Shown here piece by piece: positions 26,681 through 39,232 of a stretch of 64,000 bases of DNA (position 1 is the first letter of the stretch; each line of letters begins with the position of its first letter). The notes beneath the pieces are model-generated. The model saw only the letters and a list, made by a program, of their open reading frames with translations. It had not been told where the DNA came from and searched no databases. The position numbers were made by a program, and so were the translations under genes. This DNA is from Octopus sinensis (Eukaryota), in NCBI RefSeq assembly GCF_006345805.1, contig NC_043007.1, forward strand, positions 30,380,001 through 30,444,000, given 5' to 3'.

Positions 26681-27006
26681 AAGACCCCCTTGGGTCATCA
26701 ATGACCATGGGATTGCACCTAGAAAGTTACCCTCCCATGCACAAATCCGGCAAGGTTGTTTATAGACGACCAGCATTTGCCTATGCCTACCAGCGTCCCC
26801 TCTCCACGTCACCGATCTTATCCATACGAAAAGCAAAGGCTGATACAACTTGACACCAGTGATGTTGCAACTTATTTCTACAACTAAGTGAACTGAAGCC
26901 ACGTGAAATAAAATACCTTGCTCAAGAACACAACACAGTCCGCCCCAGGAAACAAAATCACCACCTCATGATTGCGAGCCCGATGCTCTAACCATTAACT
27001 GATGCG
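26681..27006 (-). mobile_element. tRNA-derived SINE family C
   Basis: Minus-strand tggttagagcatcgggctc head followed by gtgttcttgagcaag...ttcacttagttgtagaaat block. Confidence 0.7.
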
Positions 27007-27047
27007 ATATATATATATATATATATACCCAAAGTGAAATAAAAAAC

Positions 27048-27202
27048 AGGCAAATATTAACCGTTGTCATTAACGGAATGGATGGTCAGAATGTCTTAAT
27101 TAGCTAAGGAATTCGAACCATCTTTAACACACTTCGAAATTCATAGCTATTTAAGACATTCTGACCATCCATTCCGTTAACGATAACGGTTAATATTTGC
27201 CT
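27048..27202. repeat. Foldback: 59-bp arms (3 mismatches), 37-nt spacer
   Basis: 27048-27106 vs 27144-27202. Confidence 0.92.
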
Positions 27203-27529
27203 TTTCCATGTAAGTTTGAGTGAAAGGTAATTTTGAATTAAGAGAGTAAAGTTAATCTTAAATCAAAAGCACTAATCTTGCAAATAGCTACCCAAAGTTT
27301 CGTGCTGAAAATAATAATTCATTCCGCGATTTATCAAGCTGAAAGCAAGACCTTTTGTCAGTTGAGTAGACAAGGTTTAAACAAAAGACGCTCGTAAAGA
27401 AGAAGACAAGAACAAAACAGAAGGGAAACAACCAAAGTTACAATAATTCGATGTATAGCAGACGTAATCCAGTTGTTAAGGATTTACTAAGTGCCCAGGG
27501 ATCCACTTTCCAATTTACAACACAATGTA

Positions 27530-27920
27530 TTTTTTGAAATGTCAAAGGAAAAATCTCTTTCCTCGAATTTATGTATTCGTTGGATGTTCTAAAGTATTTT
27601 AATAGAGTTTTTCAAGCGAACTCACTGAACATTTTCTAGATTCTTTGATATAAGGTCTGGATTTAAATATCAAAATTGGCCCCTCCCTCTTTAAGCTTCC
27701 AAATTAGATCCGATGGGATTATTGTCTCTTATCACGGAATCTAAAATTCAAAAGATGTTTGTTATATCTTGATTTAAATTTTCCTTCTACGGCTCCAATA
27801 TAACGTTTCATATTTGTAATACTATTGTAGTATTTTGCTGAAAATTTGCTTCATAAGCACCGGAAGATACATCGCACTCCTGTCTTAGAGGACATTTAGA
27901 TTTGTCTAAAGACAGCTCAT
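27530..27920 (-). pseudogene. Decayed Penelope-like GIY-YIG endonuclease (Naiad-like)
   Basis: Minus-strand fragments DKSKCPLRQECDVSSGAYEANF, KRYIGAVEGKFKSRYNKHLLNFR, LIWKLKE, KCSVSSLEKLY, NSRKEIF; stops and frameshifts. Confidence 0.75.
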
Positions 27921-28264
27921 CGATGAAAGTCAAGATGTACTACTAGTAGTACCAAGCCTAATTCTGACTAATAACGGAGGAAAATTCCTGTTCGAACAGC
28001 GTCATATTTATACGCCCTGAAGAGACCTTATAAATAATGCATAAATCGCTGCATTGTAATTAAGCAAAGTTTGAATGTTCAAATTCTTCATTATCCTCAT
28101 TATCAATATTGTACTTTACAATCTAAGCAGCCATATATATATATATATATATATATAGACTTTAATCGCGAGTCAGGGAATTCTTTCTCTTTCAAATGTC
28201 TGTTGTTCATATCTATCTATTTTTCTATGTATATCTATCTGTGAATCTGTCTATCTTTATATAT

Positions 28265-28349
<85 letters not shown>

Positions 28350-28734
28350 GAGAGAGAGAAATAGATATATTCACAGATAGATACATAGAATTAAAGACAG
28401 ATATGAACTACAAACATTTCAAAGAGAAAGAATTCCCCAATCCACAGTTAAAGTAAAACTGAAAGATCTAAATATCTCACACGTAATTAATTGAGATATG
28501 CAGTTATGATACCAATAAGTTAATATATTCAAATGTTATGACATAAATTCCTCTGAGACCATTTATAGCCCTGTGGCATATAATCTGCTATTTCAAAGTT
28601 TTCATATCACGTTTAACAATTACATCGTTTTCTACATTTTCTAGAAGCATCATTTTAAATCTAAAACCATCTTTATATAATATCTATTTACTTTTTGGCA
28701 ACTTCTGTTCAAACAGCATTATGATGTATCTTTC

Positions 28735-28980
28735 GCTTGTTTCGGTCATTTGATTGCGCCCAAGCTGGAGTGCCACCTTGAATAATTTTAGTCGAATGAA
28801 ACGACTCTAGCACCCATTTTTTAAAGCCTCCTACATATCGGTCGCTTTTGTCGAACTGCTATTTGCAGGGCTGTGAACATACCGACACCGTTTGTTAAGC
28901 GGTGGCGGTGGGCAACCACAGACGGAAAAACACACACACACATGCACATATATAAATACATATAAATATATAGACGAAAG
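28735..28980 (-). mobile_element. SINE family A, 3' half, diverged
   Basis: cttgtttcggtcatttga...ttagtcga...cgaactgcta in family order. Confidence 0.7.
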
Positions 28981-29260
28981 AAAATGGAAGGAAAATGACA
29001 AAAAGAAGTGTGTCTTTTGCGGTAGGAAGCCATTATTTAATTAGCTAATTAAATAATGGCTCCTAATGCAAAAGACACACTTCTTAATGTTATTTTTCCT
29101 CCATTTCCGATGTATATATATATATGGAAAACTCATATGTGTTTTGGCTGATGAATACGGGACACTTGTATTTGCTGCAATATTTGCAGCTTTTAATAAA
29201 GCTGTTCTTCGTATGAAACAATTGTACTGAACAACTAATCCATTCTTGTTGCTTTTTTCT

Positions 29261-29353
<93 letters not shown>

Positions 29354-29357
<4 letters not shown>

Positions 29358-29568
29358 CTTTACTACCCACAAGGGGCTACATACAGAGGGGACAATCAAG
29401 GACAGACAAAGGGATTATATCGACCACAGTGCGTAACTGGTACTTAATTTATCGACCCCGAAAGGATGAAAGGCAAAGTCGGCCTCGGCGGAATCTGAAC
29501 TCAGAACGTAACGGCAGACGAAATACGGCTACGCATTTCGCCCGGCGCGCTAACCTTTCTGCCAGCTC
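29354..29568 (-). mobile_element. SINE family B
   Basis: Matches 17318-17552. Confidence 0.9.
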
Positions 29569-29580
29569 GATATATACATA

Positions 29581-29735
29581 CACCGCAGTAAGCACATAAA
29601 TTTGAAACAAGTTGGAAAAAATAGTACTCGAATTCCGGAGTAATATGCCATATTAATAAAGCTGCAAAGACATCACAAAATCTGTTACTCAGAGTTTCAC
29701 GTTCCCGTTTGTCGGACAGTTTTGTTTCAGATTCT
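29581..29735 (-). mobile_element. PLE pLTR-like repeat, HHR family 1, older copy
   Basis: Homologous to 59316-59470; HHR fold at 29676-29724. Confidence 0.7.
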
Positions 29736-29740
29736 CAAGC

Positions 29741-29784
<44 letters not shown>

Positions 29785-32277
29785 ACACACACACATATAT
29801 ATATATATATATGTAATTAATATAAACAGCAGGTTGCACACTCTATCTCCCTACAATGTATTAACTCATGTCTGCCCCAAGCTTCGTTTATATACCCGAT
29901 GTCCGTCTTTCTCTGCAAGAACGGTCCTCATCATCTCCAGCAGCACAATCTCCAAGACAAATTATGCTTTTACAATACAATTCTGCATCTACATGCCTTC
30001 CTAATCTTCTGTTCTCGAGCAACATTCATTCACAATGCAGAAATCTCAAACTAAGTACGTAATGCTTACTTGAACAGAAAACTCAGAAGATTTTTACAGT
30101 TATTGTCATAGTACAGCTGTCTTATTCAAACGCATAAATGCACAATCTCTGTGCATATCAAAGCAACTCAGTCGTCAGTCAAATCTTATTCATATAACAA
30201 CACTCTGAAGCTTAAAGTCACTTGAAGTGCAAGAAGACAAAATTATTATGTAACACTTGTATTTGAAACGTAAGCTAATTGAAGATAGATATATATTGTT
30301 GTATTCTGTTAGTATTTGGAATATAACATTAAAAAAGATAAATGTATAGACTGGTGTATTAAACTGATGTTTAGAACATAACTTAACAAAAGACAAATAT
30401 ATATATATATACGTAAATTAATAGTGTCTGGAACATAACAAAAGACAAATATAATATACATACATTCGTTTATCAAATTGATATTTGGAAGATAAACAAA
30501 AGACAAATTGATATTACCTCATTAATATTGTGTTTGGAAAATTAATATATAATTCTCACATTAAATTATAGTTAAAGGTTTCGTATCAAAAGAATGAAGT
30601 GTGATCTTTGCATCTAGTTTCATAAATAACCATTATGAAAATAACAGCTGGGAGATCTACATACGGGAAACTGTTCAACTCTTTCTGTTGTTTCTTCTCT
30701 GTTTGAAATGATTTGGATATTTATGCTTATAGTCATTAATCATGTACACAATACAATAAACGTTTTATGGTATCTTTCTGGTGCCTATTAGGTTTGGATG
30801 ATCAAACGTATTAAAATTCTACTCCAAGATTCTAAACAATGAAACGATAATTATTGCAGAAACAAATTATTGAAGCTAAGCATCAGTCATTTATCAGTAA
30901 AATACACAAATATATATGTCTGTCTAAAGATCTGTCTGTCTGTCTCTCCCTTTAATTATATACATACATGTCAGGTTACTTGTGCTGTCTCTTATAAGAG
31001 CTACTGGCAACATGGAATCCAGTGCAACCTGCTGCATTATCGGGTCGTCAGTGACTAAATCTTCAACCTCCACTGGGCCTGGGTGGTGAGTAGGGTTGTT
31101 AGAAATACAATAGGGCTAAGAACAAGATCTGTCCAAGGGACAGATGAACTTTGTGTTGTTTCAATGACTCTCTAACAATAACACAGACCCTCAGAAATTC
31201 CGGGCTGGTATCCGTCGTGCTAAAAGAACACTGGGTGAGACACCCCTTAGTTTTTGTCCAAACATGTTTCTAGGAGAGGGACACTCTGATATAAAACCAG
31301 ATATTCAGGAGTTGGCATTGAACATTTTGGGGATCCTTTGCTGGTACTTGGACTCATAGTGTCCCGATCAATCCTGAGCCCGCGACCCAATTTGACACTG
31401 GAAATCTTGCCGTGGTTCCTCTCTAGATCTTGGTGTTAAGTATATATATATATATATATGTATATAAAGTCGGAATGCGTGGAGTTCAGTAACTCAATAA
31501 ATAAAAAGTACTATTTTTCGGAGAGATAAACTAACAAGAACCCCTTTATCCTGTCTTCCCACATGGCCTGCGCATAGAATATCAGGGAATGCAGCATAAA
31601 GTTAAGCTGGCATGGAGCTTTTTAAAACATACGTATAGCTTTCGCTAATGGATGCAAAACTCTTAATTTAAGGTTGATTCTTTGAGACGAATCAAATGTG
31701 ATTATTTAAAAAGGCTAGAACGACAACGCTAAATCAACACATTTGTAGGTAAACAAAGGCATCAACAAATATGAGGGAGGGAGGAGAACATCACATTTCA
31801 AGTAACTCAGAACAGGTAAAGGTAGGCTTGATAAAGTTTATTGCAATTTAAATATGGGGATTAAAATTGTTTGGTATTGGATATTCATTGCGCTCAGTGT
31901 TCCTGTCAGTTCAATCACAGTCAGAGGTGGACAGTCGAAATAAATAGACACAATCCTTTCACGTTTATAAAAAGATTTAAAAAGTATGGAAGGCCCTACA
32001 GATTATAAAACAGCTGATTAATGCAAATGGATAGAAATCATGTATTGTTGGTTTCCCATCGCTCTCGAAGCCCCAATATCGATTTGTTTTAGCATCTATG
32101 TAGCCTATGTTCGGGTTTGGGATATGAAGCAGCTGTGTCTAAAATTTTGAAGAAATCAGATGAAAAATACAGAAGTTATTCAGGTACATTAAATTTCTGT
32201 ACACACACACACACACACACACACAGAGAAAAGTTCAATTTTATAGATATTACAACACACACACACACACACACACC

Positions 32278-32309
<32 letters not shown>

Positions 32310-32432
32310 GGAAGAGAGAGAGAGAGAGATTGTGTGTATATATATACATATATATATATATACAAAGTAAGATAGGGGTTATAATATCCGTAGTTGATGA
32401 ACAAACTGAATTTGTTTGTATTTTCTTATTTG

Positions 32433-32468
<36 letters not shown>

Positions 32469-32556
32469 TCATCAAAAAAAAAAAGGGGTAGAATTAATAA
32501 TATAATTCGACCAAGCAGTATTCGATGAAGACCATTTACGGTGTATTTGAAGTATT

Positions 32557-32793
32557 AATTTATAAAAATATGGTAAGTAAAAAAAATTCACTTTACCACA
32601 CACCGAACTTTTCAGAAATAGCAGCCAAAAATATGTTTTCTTCATTAAATAAAAGTCTCCAGACATATACTCAGTTATTTTCTGAGTATGCATTGTCTGG
32701 AGACTTTATTTGCATTGAAGAAATATATTTTTGGCTGCTATTCTGAAAGTCGGTGTGTGGTAAGTGAATTTTACTTTAATATTTTTATAAATT
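32557..32793. repeat. Foldback with about 115-bp imperfect arms and 7-nt loop
   Basis: 32557-32674 vs 32682-32793. Confidence 0.9.
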
Positions 32794-32854
32794 ATATATA
32801 TATATATATATAGAGATAGAGAGAGGAGAGAGAGAGAGAGAGAGAGGGTAAAAA

Positions 32855-33180
32855 TATAGAGTATATACACGTAGTCTGTTACGATTTCTGTTGTTTCTGC
32901 CACGGGGGCGTTGCTAAACAAACTGTCTAATGTAGAGATGCTATTTACTGTATTGATTTCTTCTAAGATCTATCGAAATCTCCTCCGTTGGTTCTCTGCT
33001 ACATTTCTCCGTGATGCCTGCCTTTTGATAAAGATGTCTATTTGTTTGCTGATTGAATGAGTAGCTATATTATGCCGGATATTATAGGCCTGACGGGGTT
33101 GTATTGTTTGAGTATTTTTACTGTGCCATGAAGTTAGGGGCAGACGTGAATTCTTCACCGCCATGCAAGGCAGTTCAGCT
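32855..33180 (-). pseudogene. Decayed Penelope-like reverse transcriptase fragment (N-terminal RT motifs)
   Basis: NPVRPIISGI, ATHSISKQIDIFIK, ISTLDSLFSNAPVAETTEIVTDYVY (cf. PLRPIIS...SLDVESLFTNVPVxETIxII). Confidence 0.7.
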
Positions 33181-33555
33181 CTAGACCCACGATATCACAA
33201 AGACACTACATATTCAAGCGACTAACAGACAGATCTGGTATAAATTTGTTTGGGGACTTTTAGATATTTTAAAAGCAAATACAATATATACATGCACGCA
33301 TATATACATATATATATACATGTAGAAATACATACATGCATAGATACATGGATATGTATATATGTATGCATTTATGTGTGAGTGTATGTATGAATTCATG
33401 TATATATGTATGTGTGTGTGTATGTACGCGTGTATGGTACTTTGGTCAAGTGTTTTCTATTATTGCTTCGGACCTACCAAAGATTTGTGTAAGGATGGGG
33501 TCGACTGAATCTGAAATCTATTGTGTGTGTGTGTATGTCTTCTACATATATACTC

Positions 33556-33732
33556 TTGTGTCTGGGGAGAGTTATTTTCTTTTTGTGCCTTATGATTTAA
33601 TACACTCACCGGTAAAATTTGCATTTATTCCTTATTTTTTATTTTTTAGGTATAAGTGGAATAAATAGAAATTTTAACGGTGAGTGTGTTAAATTATAAG
33701 GCACAAAAAGAAAATAACTCTCCCACACACAA
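33556..33732. repeat. Foldback with about 75-bp arms, 26-nt spacer
   Basis: 33556-33631 vs 33658-33732; arm also resembles 4327-4400. Confidence 0.88.
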
Positions 33733-33793
33733 CAGAATATGCTTCAACACACGAACTCACATAAAGAATCCTGCAAACCCAAATCCCAAAACG

Positions 33794-33850
<57 letters not shown>

Positions 33851-33878
33851 TAGATAGATAGAAAGATAGATAAATGTA

Positions 33879-34040
33879 GGCGCAGGAGTGGTTGCTTGTT
33901 ACGTAGATTGCATACCAACCATAGGTTCCAGGTTCAGTCCCACTGCGTGGCACTGAGCAAGTGTCTTCTACATAACCTTGGGTCGACCAAAGCCTTGTGA
34001 GTGGATTTGGTATACGGAATTGAAAGAAGCACGTCGTATT

Positions 34041-34094
<54 letters not shown>

Positions 34095-34298
34095 TGTGTG
34101 TAGATGTTTGTGTGTCTGTGTTTGTCCCCCCAGCATCGCTTGACAACCGAGGCTGGTGTATTTCTGACCGCGTAACATAGCGGGGAGCCCGATAGAATAA
34201 GTTCTAGGCTTACAAAGAATAAGTCTTAGGGTTGATTGGCTCCACTAAAAGGCGCTGCTCCAGCATGGCTGCACTCAAATGACTGAAACAAGTAAAAT
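33879..34298 (+). mobile_element. SINE family A, full length
   Basis: ggcgcaggagtgg head to aaatgactgaaacaagtaaaa tail. Confidence 0.9.
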
Positions 34299-34739
34299 AA
34301 TAAAATAATATGTATGTATCTTATGTCTATATCTATGCGTGTGTCTTTCTGTATGAGTTTGTCCTTAACCCACCGCTTGTTTTGCAGATATCCCGTACAT
34401 TAGCGGGGCGGTTAAATGGACCGATAAAATGAGTATAAATCCGTCATGGTGCCCAGAATGGCTGAAGTCAGACGAAAAGAGGAATAAAAAAATACACACA
34501 CACACATTATACATCAGTACACTTATATTCAAGTGTATATATCAAAAGATATATATATATATAGGTGGTGCTACTAAGTTAGACATGCCCTGGGCCAATA
34601 ATGGCCGAAACCTATCAAACTATCAAAGTATCAAAGTATATATATATATTTAAGTAGGTGAATGAATTATCCTAACATGGAAAATTCGTTTAACCGATAC
34701 CTGGGTAGCATATTCACGTCCATTTCTTTCATTTATTTA

Positions 34740-35022
34740 TATATTAGTATATATATATATATAATATATATATATATATATACATACACACACGCATATA
34801 TATATATATATAGATATATATATATATATATTATATATATATATATACATACATACATATATATATCATACATACATATATATATATAATACATACATAC
34901 ATGCATATATATATACATACATACATGCATATATATATACATACATACATACATGCATATATATATATACATACATACATACATGCATATATATATATAT
35001 ATACATATGTATGTATTCATAT

Positions 35023-35112
<90 letters not shown>
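34740..35112. repeat. (TA)n/(TACA)n array with a repeated tatatatacatacatacatgca unit
   Basis: Direct reading. Confidence 0.9.
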
Positions 35113-35114
<2 letters not shown>

Positions 35115-35572
35115 TTGACCTAATTTCATATTTAGCCTAGAAATAATTTTCGGAAACGCCAAGGCTATTTCACTTTCCTATATACAAAATAAGACATGAA
35201 ATATATTTTGTTCGATAATCAACTTCGGTTGGGGAAACTGATTTATCTTTGGCAGGATTCTTGATTAAATCTACATATCATGTTGTATTTTAGGTGAGAA
35301 ATATTTTTTGTCTTCTTGGTCGTTTTCATTGAAGGTTATCAATCTCGACATTAAGAATTTATTACTTGTCCCTGTTACTTAGCTTCGAAAAAGAATCACT
35401 GAATGCACAAACTGTATACATATACGAACATATGTCTGTCTGTATGTCTATCTATCAATCAATCTACATAATTAATAATATCAGGGTAATACAGATTTTT
35501 ACCAATTTTTACTACATGTGGCCTAGCGTGTGGAAAAAATAGTCAATTGACTATATATTATTCATATAAACA

Positions 35573-35875
35573 CAGTGTACATTTAAACACATCAGAGGTA
35601 TCTGTCATAGGATTCCTTTCATGCTAGAAGGAACAGCCACTATTAGGAATAAAAAACATATGTTTTATCTAGGCGTACCTGTCGATGAAAACTTCGCCTA
35701 GCAAATTATTTTATTTGCTAAAAAAAAGTCAGAAACCATGGTCCACGAGATAGATGGAAAATGTTTTTATTTTCCATTCCCTTTTATCCCTAATAGTGGT
35801 TTAGACTTTAGCTGTTCCTTCTAGCGTAAAAGGAATCCTATGATGGATACATCTTATGTGTTTAAATGTACACTG
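35573..35875. mobile_element. Tc1/mariner-type MITE
   Basis: About 85-95-bp TIRs beginning CAGTGTAC and ending GTACACTG; TA on the right flank, CA on the left (probably a mutated TA TSD). Confidence 0.75.
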
Positions 35876-36149
35876 TATTTATATCAATCTACACACACAC
35901 ACACATATACCCTCCCACATATACATATATATACCCTCCCACACACACATATACCCTCCCACACACACATATACACACACACACACATATATATATATAT
36001 CGTGTGTGTACAAGTATTTGTACATATACACATCAAGATATACTTATTATAAGTATCCTACGTGACGCAATAATGTTATATTGGTCGTGTAAACAGCGTC
36101 CATAGTATGGTTTTAGTGTCCAAACACACGCACATTCACACGAGATCCC

Positions 36150-36330
36150 GCGCGCGCACTCGCCATGATTGATTGCTAGCCACTAAAGCTTGTTTACTTT
36201 TTCTTTCTGTGTTCCTTTCTGTCGAAGAGCGTAGGCTCGAAACGTAAAAGACTTTCTCACTTCCCGAGCGTTAAACTAATACGTCTGTTTGTTGTCTACA
36301 CCACCTGCCTTTGTCTTTCGTTTTGTCTTT
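36150..36330 (+). mobile_element. PLE pLTR-like repeat, HHR family 3
   Basis: Homologous to 44488-44617; HHR fold at 36215-36250. Confidence 0.65.
36215..36250 (+). ncRNA. Minimal type-I hammerhead-like motif (A6U)
   Basis: CUUU-CUGUCGA-A-GAGC-GUAG-GCUC-GAAACGU-A-AAAG. Confidence 0.55.
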
Positions 36331-36415
36331 TGTTTTTTTTTTTTAATTCCAACAAATAATGAAAGTGAACGATGGCGCAAACACGAAGACTTGCCCTGAT
36401 ATCTTATTTATTATA

Positions 36416-36612
36416 ATGCTTACAAATGTCGGCACAAGGCCAGCAGGTTTTGAAGGGAAGGGAAAGTCGATTGCATCTACTCCAGTATTTGATTGTTACA
36501 TTTTTCAGTGACCTCGCAAGGGTGAGAGACAAAGTCGACCCCGTCAAAACTTAAGTTCGGAATGTAAAGGTGGGTGAAATGCCGCCAAGTATTCCGCTTG
36601 GCGTGACAACTG
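36416..36612 (-). mobile_element. SINE family B-like, strongly diverged
   Basis: ggcacaaggccagca tail and caaagtcgacc block in family order. Confidence 0.55.
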
Positions 36613-37267
36613 TTCCTGTTTAATGTAATAAAACGAGAGCACAGTGGAAGAATAATTTCTTTCTACAACTTTCTGATCAAATTTAGACAAGAGAAAAAAG
36701 ATCAGTTGAAGATTCTAATGGAAAAAGCCTAACGCCGTTCTAATTAAATAGAAGGCCATGGAAAATGGTGAAAGAAAGAATGAGAGAATTAAAGTTGGTC
36801 TCTATTTTCAACGAGGACTTTTTTCGCATATAAATATTTAAGACTTCGTCGGAAGGCATATAACGGTAATATTGGAACGTTTCTTGCGTCTGATGCCATG
36901 GCACTGTTCTGCATTTTGTGATTTTGAATCAAGATTTCTGATGTTGTTCCGTATAATGTAATTATCCAATGAATCCCCTCTGTGTGTGTGTTGTGCCTCG
37001 ATGTGGGCAACTACTTTCAGACTGATTGATATTTTACTTTCGTTTTCTCAGTGGGGGTAGAGTGGGGGTGGGGCTTAGAGGTAAATCAATATCCAGTCAC
37101 ATTTAGATATGAAATTGGGTTGGAATCAATCAGGGGATTGATTCAAATAGATTGATTACAAAAAGAATATAAAAAAAAACAAGCGTTCAATTAAAGGAAA
37201 AAGTATATTTCAAATGTTACAGAAGCAGGCGACAATGGCTGTAGTTTTGCATTTAGGTTTTGTAGTG

Positions 37268-37301
<34 letters not shown>

Positions 37302-38894
37302 TGGATTCAAACTCATACACACGACTACACACTCACATACATATACAAACATTTGCCTGTCTATCTATTCACCTATCTGATTACCTGTCTGTTCACTCTC
37401 TCTCCCTCTCTCTTTCTTTCCACAGGTAGATAGATCAATAGATAGATAGGTACGTAGCTATGTAGATAGAGAGATATGTGTATATTTATATATATTGATT
37501 GAATGTACAAACATATAGGAGATATTAAAGTAAAGCTTCAGAGAGAACTGTAATTATATCAGCTGTAACTGCCATGTGCATGCCTCACGCATATATATAC
37601 ATATGTACAGAAACCAATAAGATGTGGGGCGTTTTTTGATATCTAGCAGGTCAAAGTATCAGGTAGACCGTTCGTCACTATTTCTTATATACATGAACAC
37701 TTAAAATAGTCAACTGGGATTTAGCTACTATGTTTAGCAAGACGTTGTACCATATGGAGAAATCCATTATTGCCTCATACAAAGCAAACAGTTGGAGGTG
37801 TTTTGAGAGAGAAGCTACGCAAGTCAGTGAAATATGCTTTCAGAGAGATAAGCTGCTATTTTAATCAGGTCTATCCACAACGTAGAGATCTTGTTCGTTG
37901 GGTCATTCATATAAAATGAGGCAGACACTGGAAACCGCTGCAGTTAAGTGGTTTGTTGACTTTTCTTGCTGCATTCCAGGCGCTTAATTTCGCTTCATAT
38001 TCTGCCATAATGCTGCCTCATTTGCTAATGCAGCTACCTGCGATATACATAGTTTTATATTTATCCACCGGTTCTGGTGTTATCGGCAAGTTGATGAAGC
38101 ACCTCCCAGAATTACATTGTATAAAAAAGAAGCAATCATTAATATAACATTATGCTTAAAGCATTCCGTAAACTAATATAAACATAGGTTATTATTGTTG
38201 TTTCGATATTATAGTTTTTAAGGGTTTCCATATCTGGAAATCTGCTTTTTGTAAATCTATATAATTTTATTCTTATAATTTGGTGTAATATTGTTTGTTT
38301 ATTATTGTTCTTGGTGTTGGTGTTGTAGATGTTGTTCCGACACAAATATCTCCTGATGGACTAAACTGGTAAATGTGTCAATCTTGTTTTATGTTAGGCA
38401 AACTTTTTTGCGCGGTGATGAATCCCAACAATCGCTTGATGAAGTGTATTAGAGAAGAGATTCTGGAGATGAATTCCACCCATTATTCCACCATAATTAC
38501 ATTCTCTATGAGAATTCTTACAACATCAACGAAGAAGATATTTGCAACGAAATGTTTTCGTATGTGTTTATTCCGTTCTTTTTGATAACCATGCCAGAAC
38601 ACATATATGGAGATGTGTGTAAGGAAATGGATGGATAACTAACCCTGAAATCGTACTAAATGCACATCATTAAGAATTTTCAGGCTGATGTTGTATTATC
38701 GTGTGATAATGTGCTATTTAATGCTACAATGAAAAAGTAATTTTTCCAACACTGTAAGATTTCAGAAACGAAGAGAAGTCTGTGTTCATTTATTACAAAA
38801 GAATACAGAAGCACTTTTAGTACTCATATCGCATTTGATCTCGTTTGGAATCCACCGCAATCAACCCTATCACTCACCTCTCTCTCTCTCTCTC

Positions 38895-39232
38895 CCCCCC
38901 ATCTATTTATCTGTCTGTCTATCTATTTACCTATCTGTCTCTCTGTCTATCTATCTATCTATATGTCCCTCTGTCTATCCATCTATCTATCTGTCTATCT
39001 ATCTACCCACCTATCTAAATATTTATCTAACTATCTATTAATATATCTATCTATCTGTCTGTCTATCTATTTATCTATAGGTCTGTCTATCTATTTATTT
39101 ATCTATAGGTCTGTCTGTCTATCTATCTATCTATCTATCTGTCTATCTATTTATCTATCTTTTTGTCTATCTATTTATCTATCTATCTGTCTGTCTGTTT
39201 ATTTATCGATCTATCTGTCTGTCTGACTGTTT
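38895..39232. repeat. (TATC)n/(TGTC)n compound microsatellite
   Basis: Direct reading. Confidence 0.95.

Noticed and set aside
28010-28060. CCUGAAGAGACC next to the PLE endonuclease fossil
   Set aside because: No GAAA or stem II partner; opposite strand to the ORF.
30967-31440. GC-richer block starting near TGTCAGG with a TATAAAA, possible solo LTR
   Set aside because: No second copy, terminal CA or TSD visible.
34561-34616. ATAGGT...CTG-GGCC-AATAAT-GGCC-GAAACCTAT, possible type-III HHR relic
   Set aside because: Core lacks ANGA, position 17 is G, and stem I does not pair.
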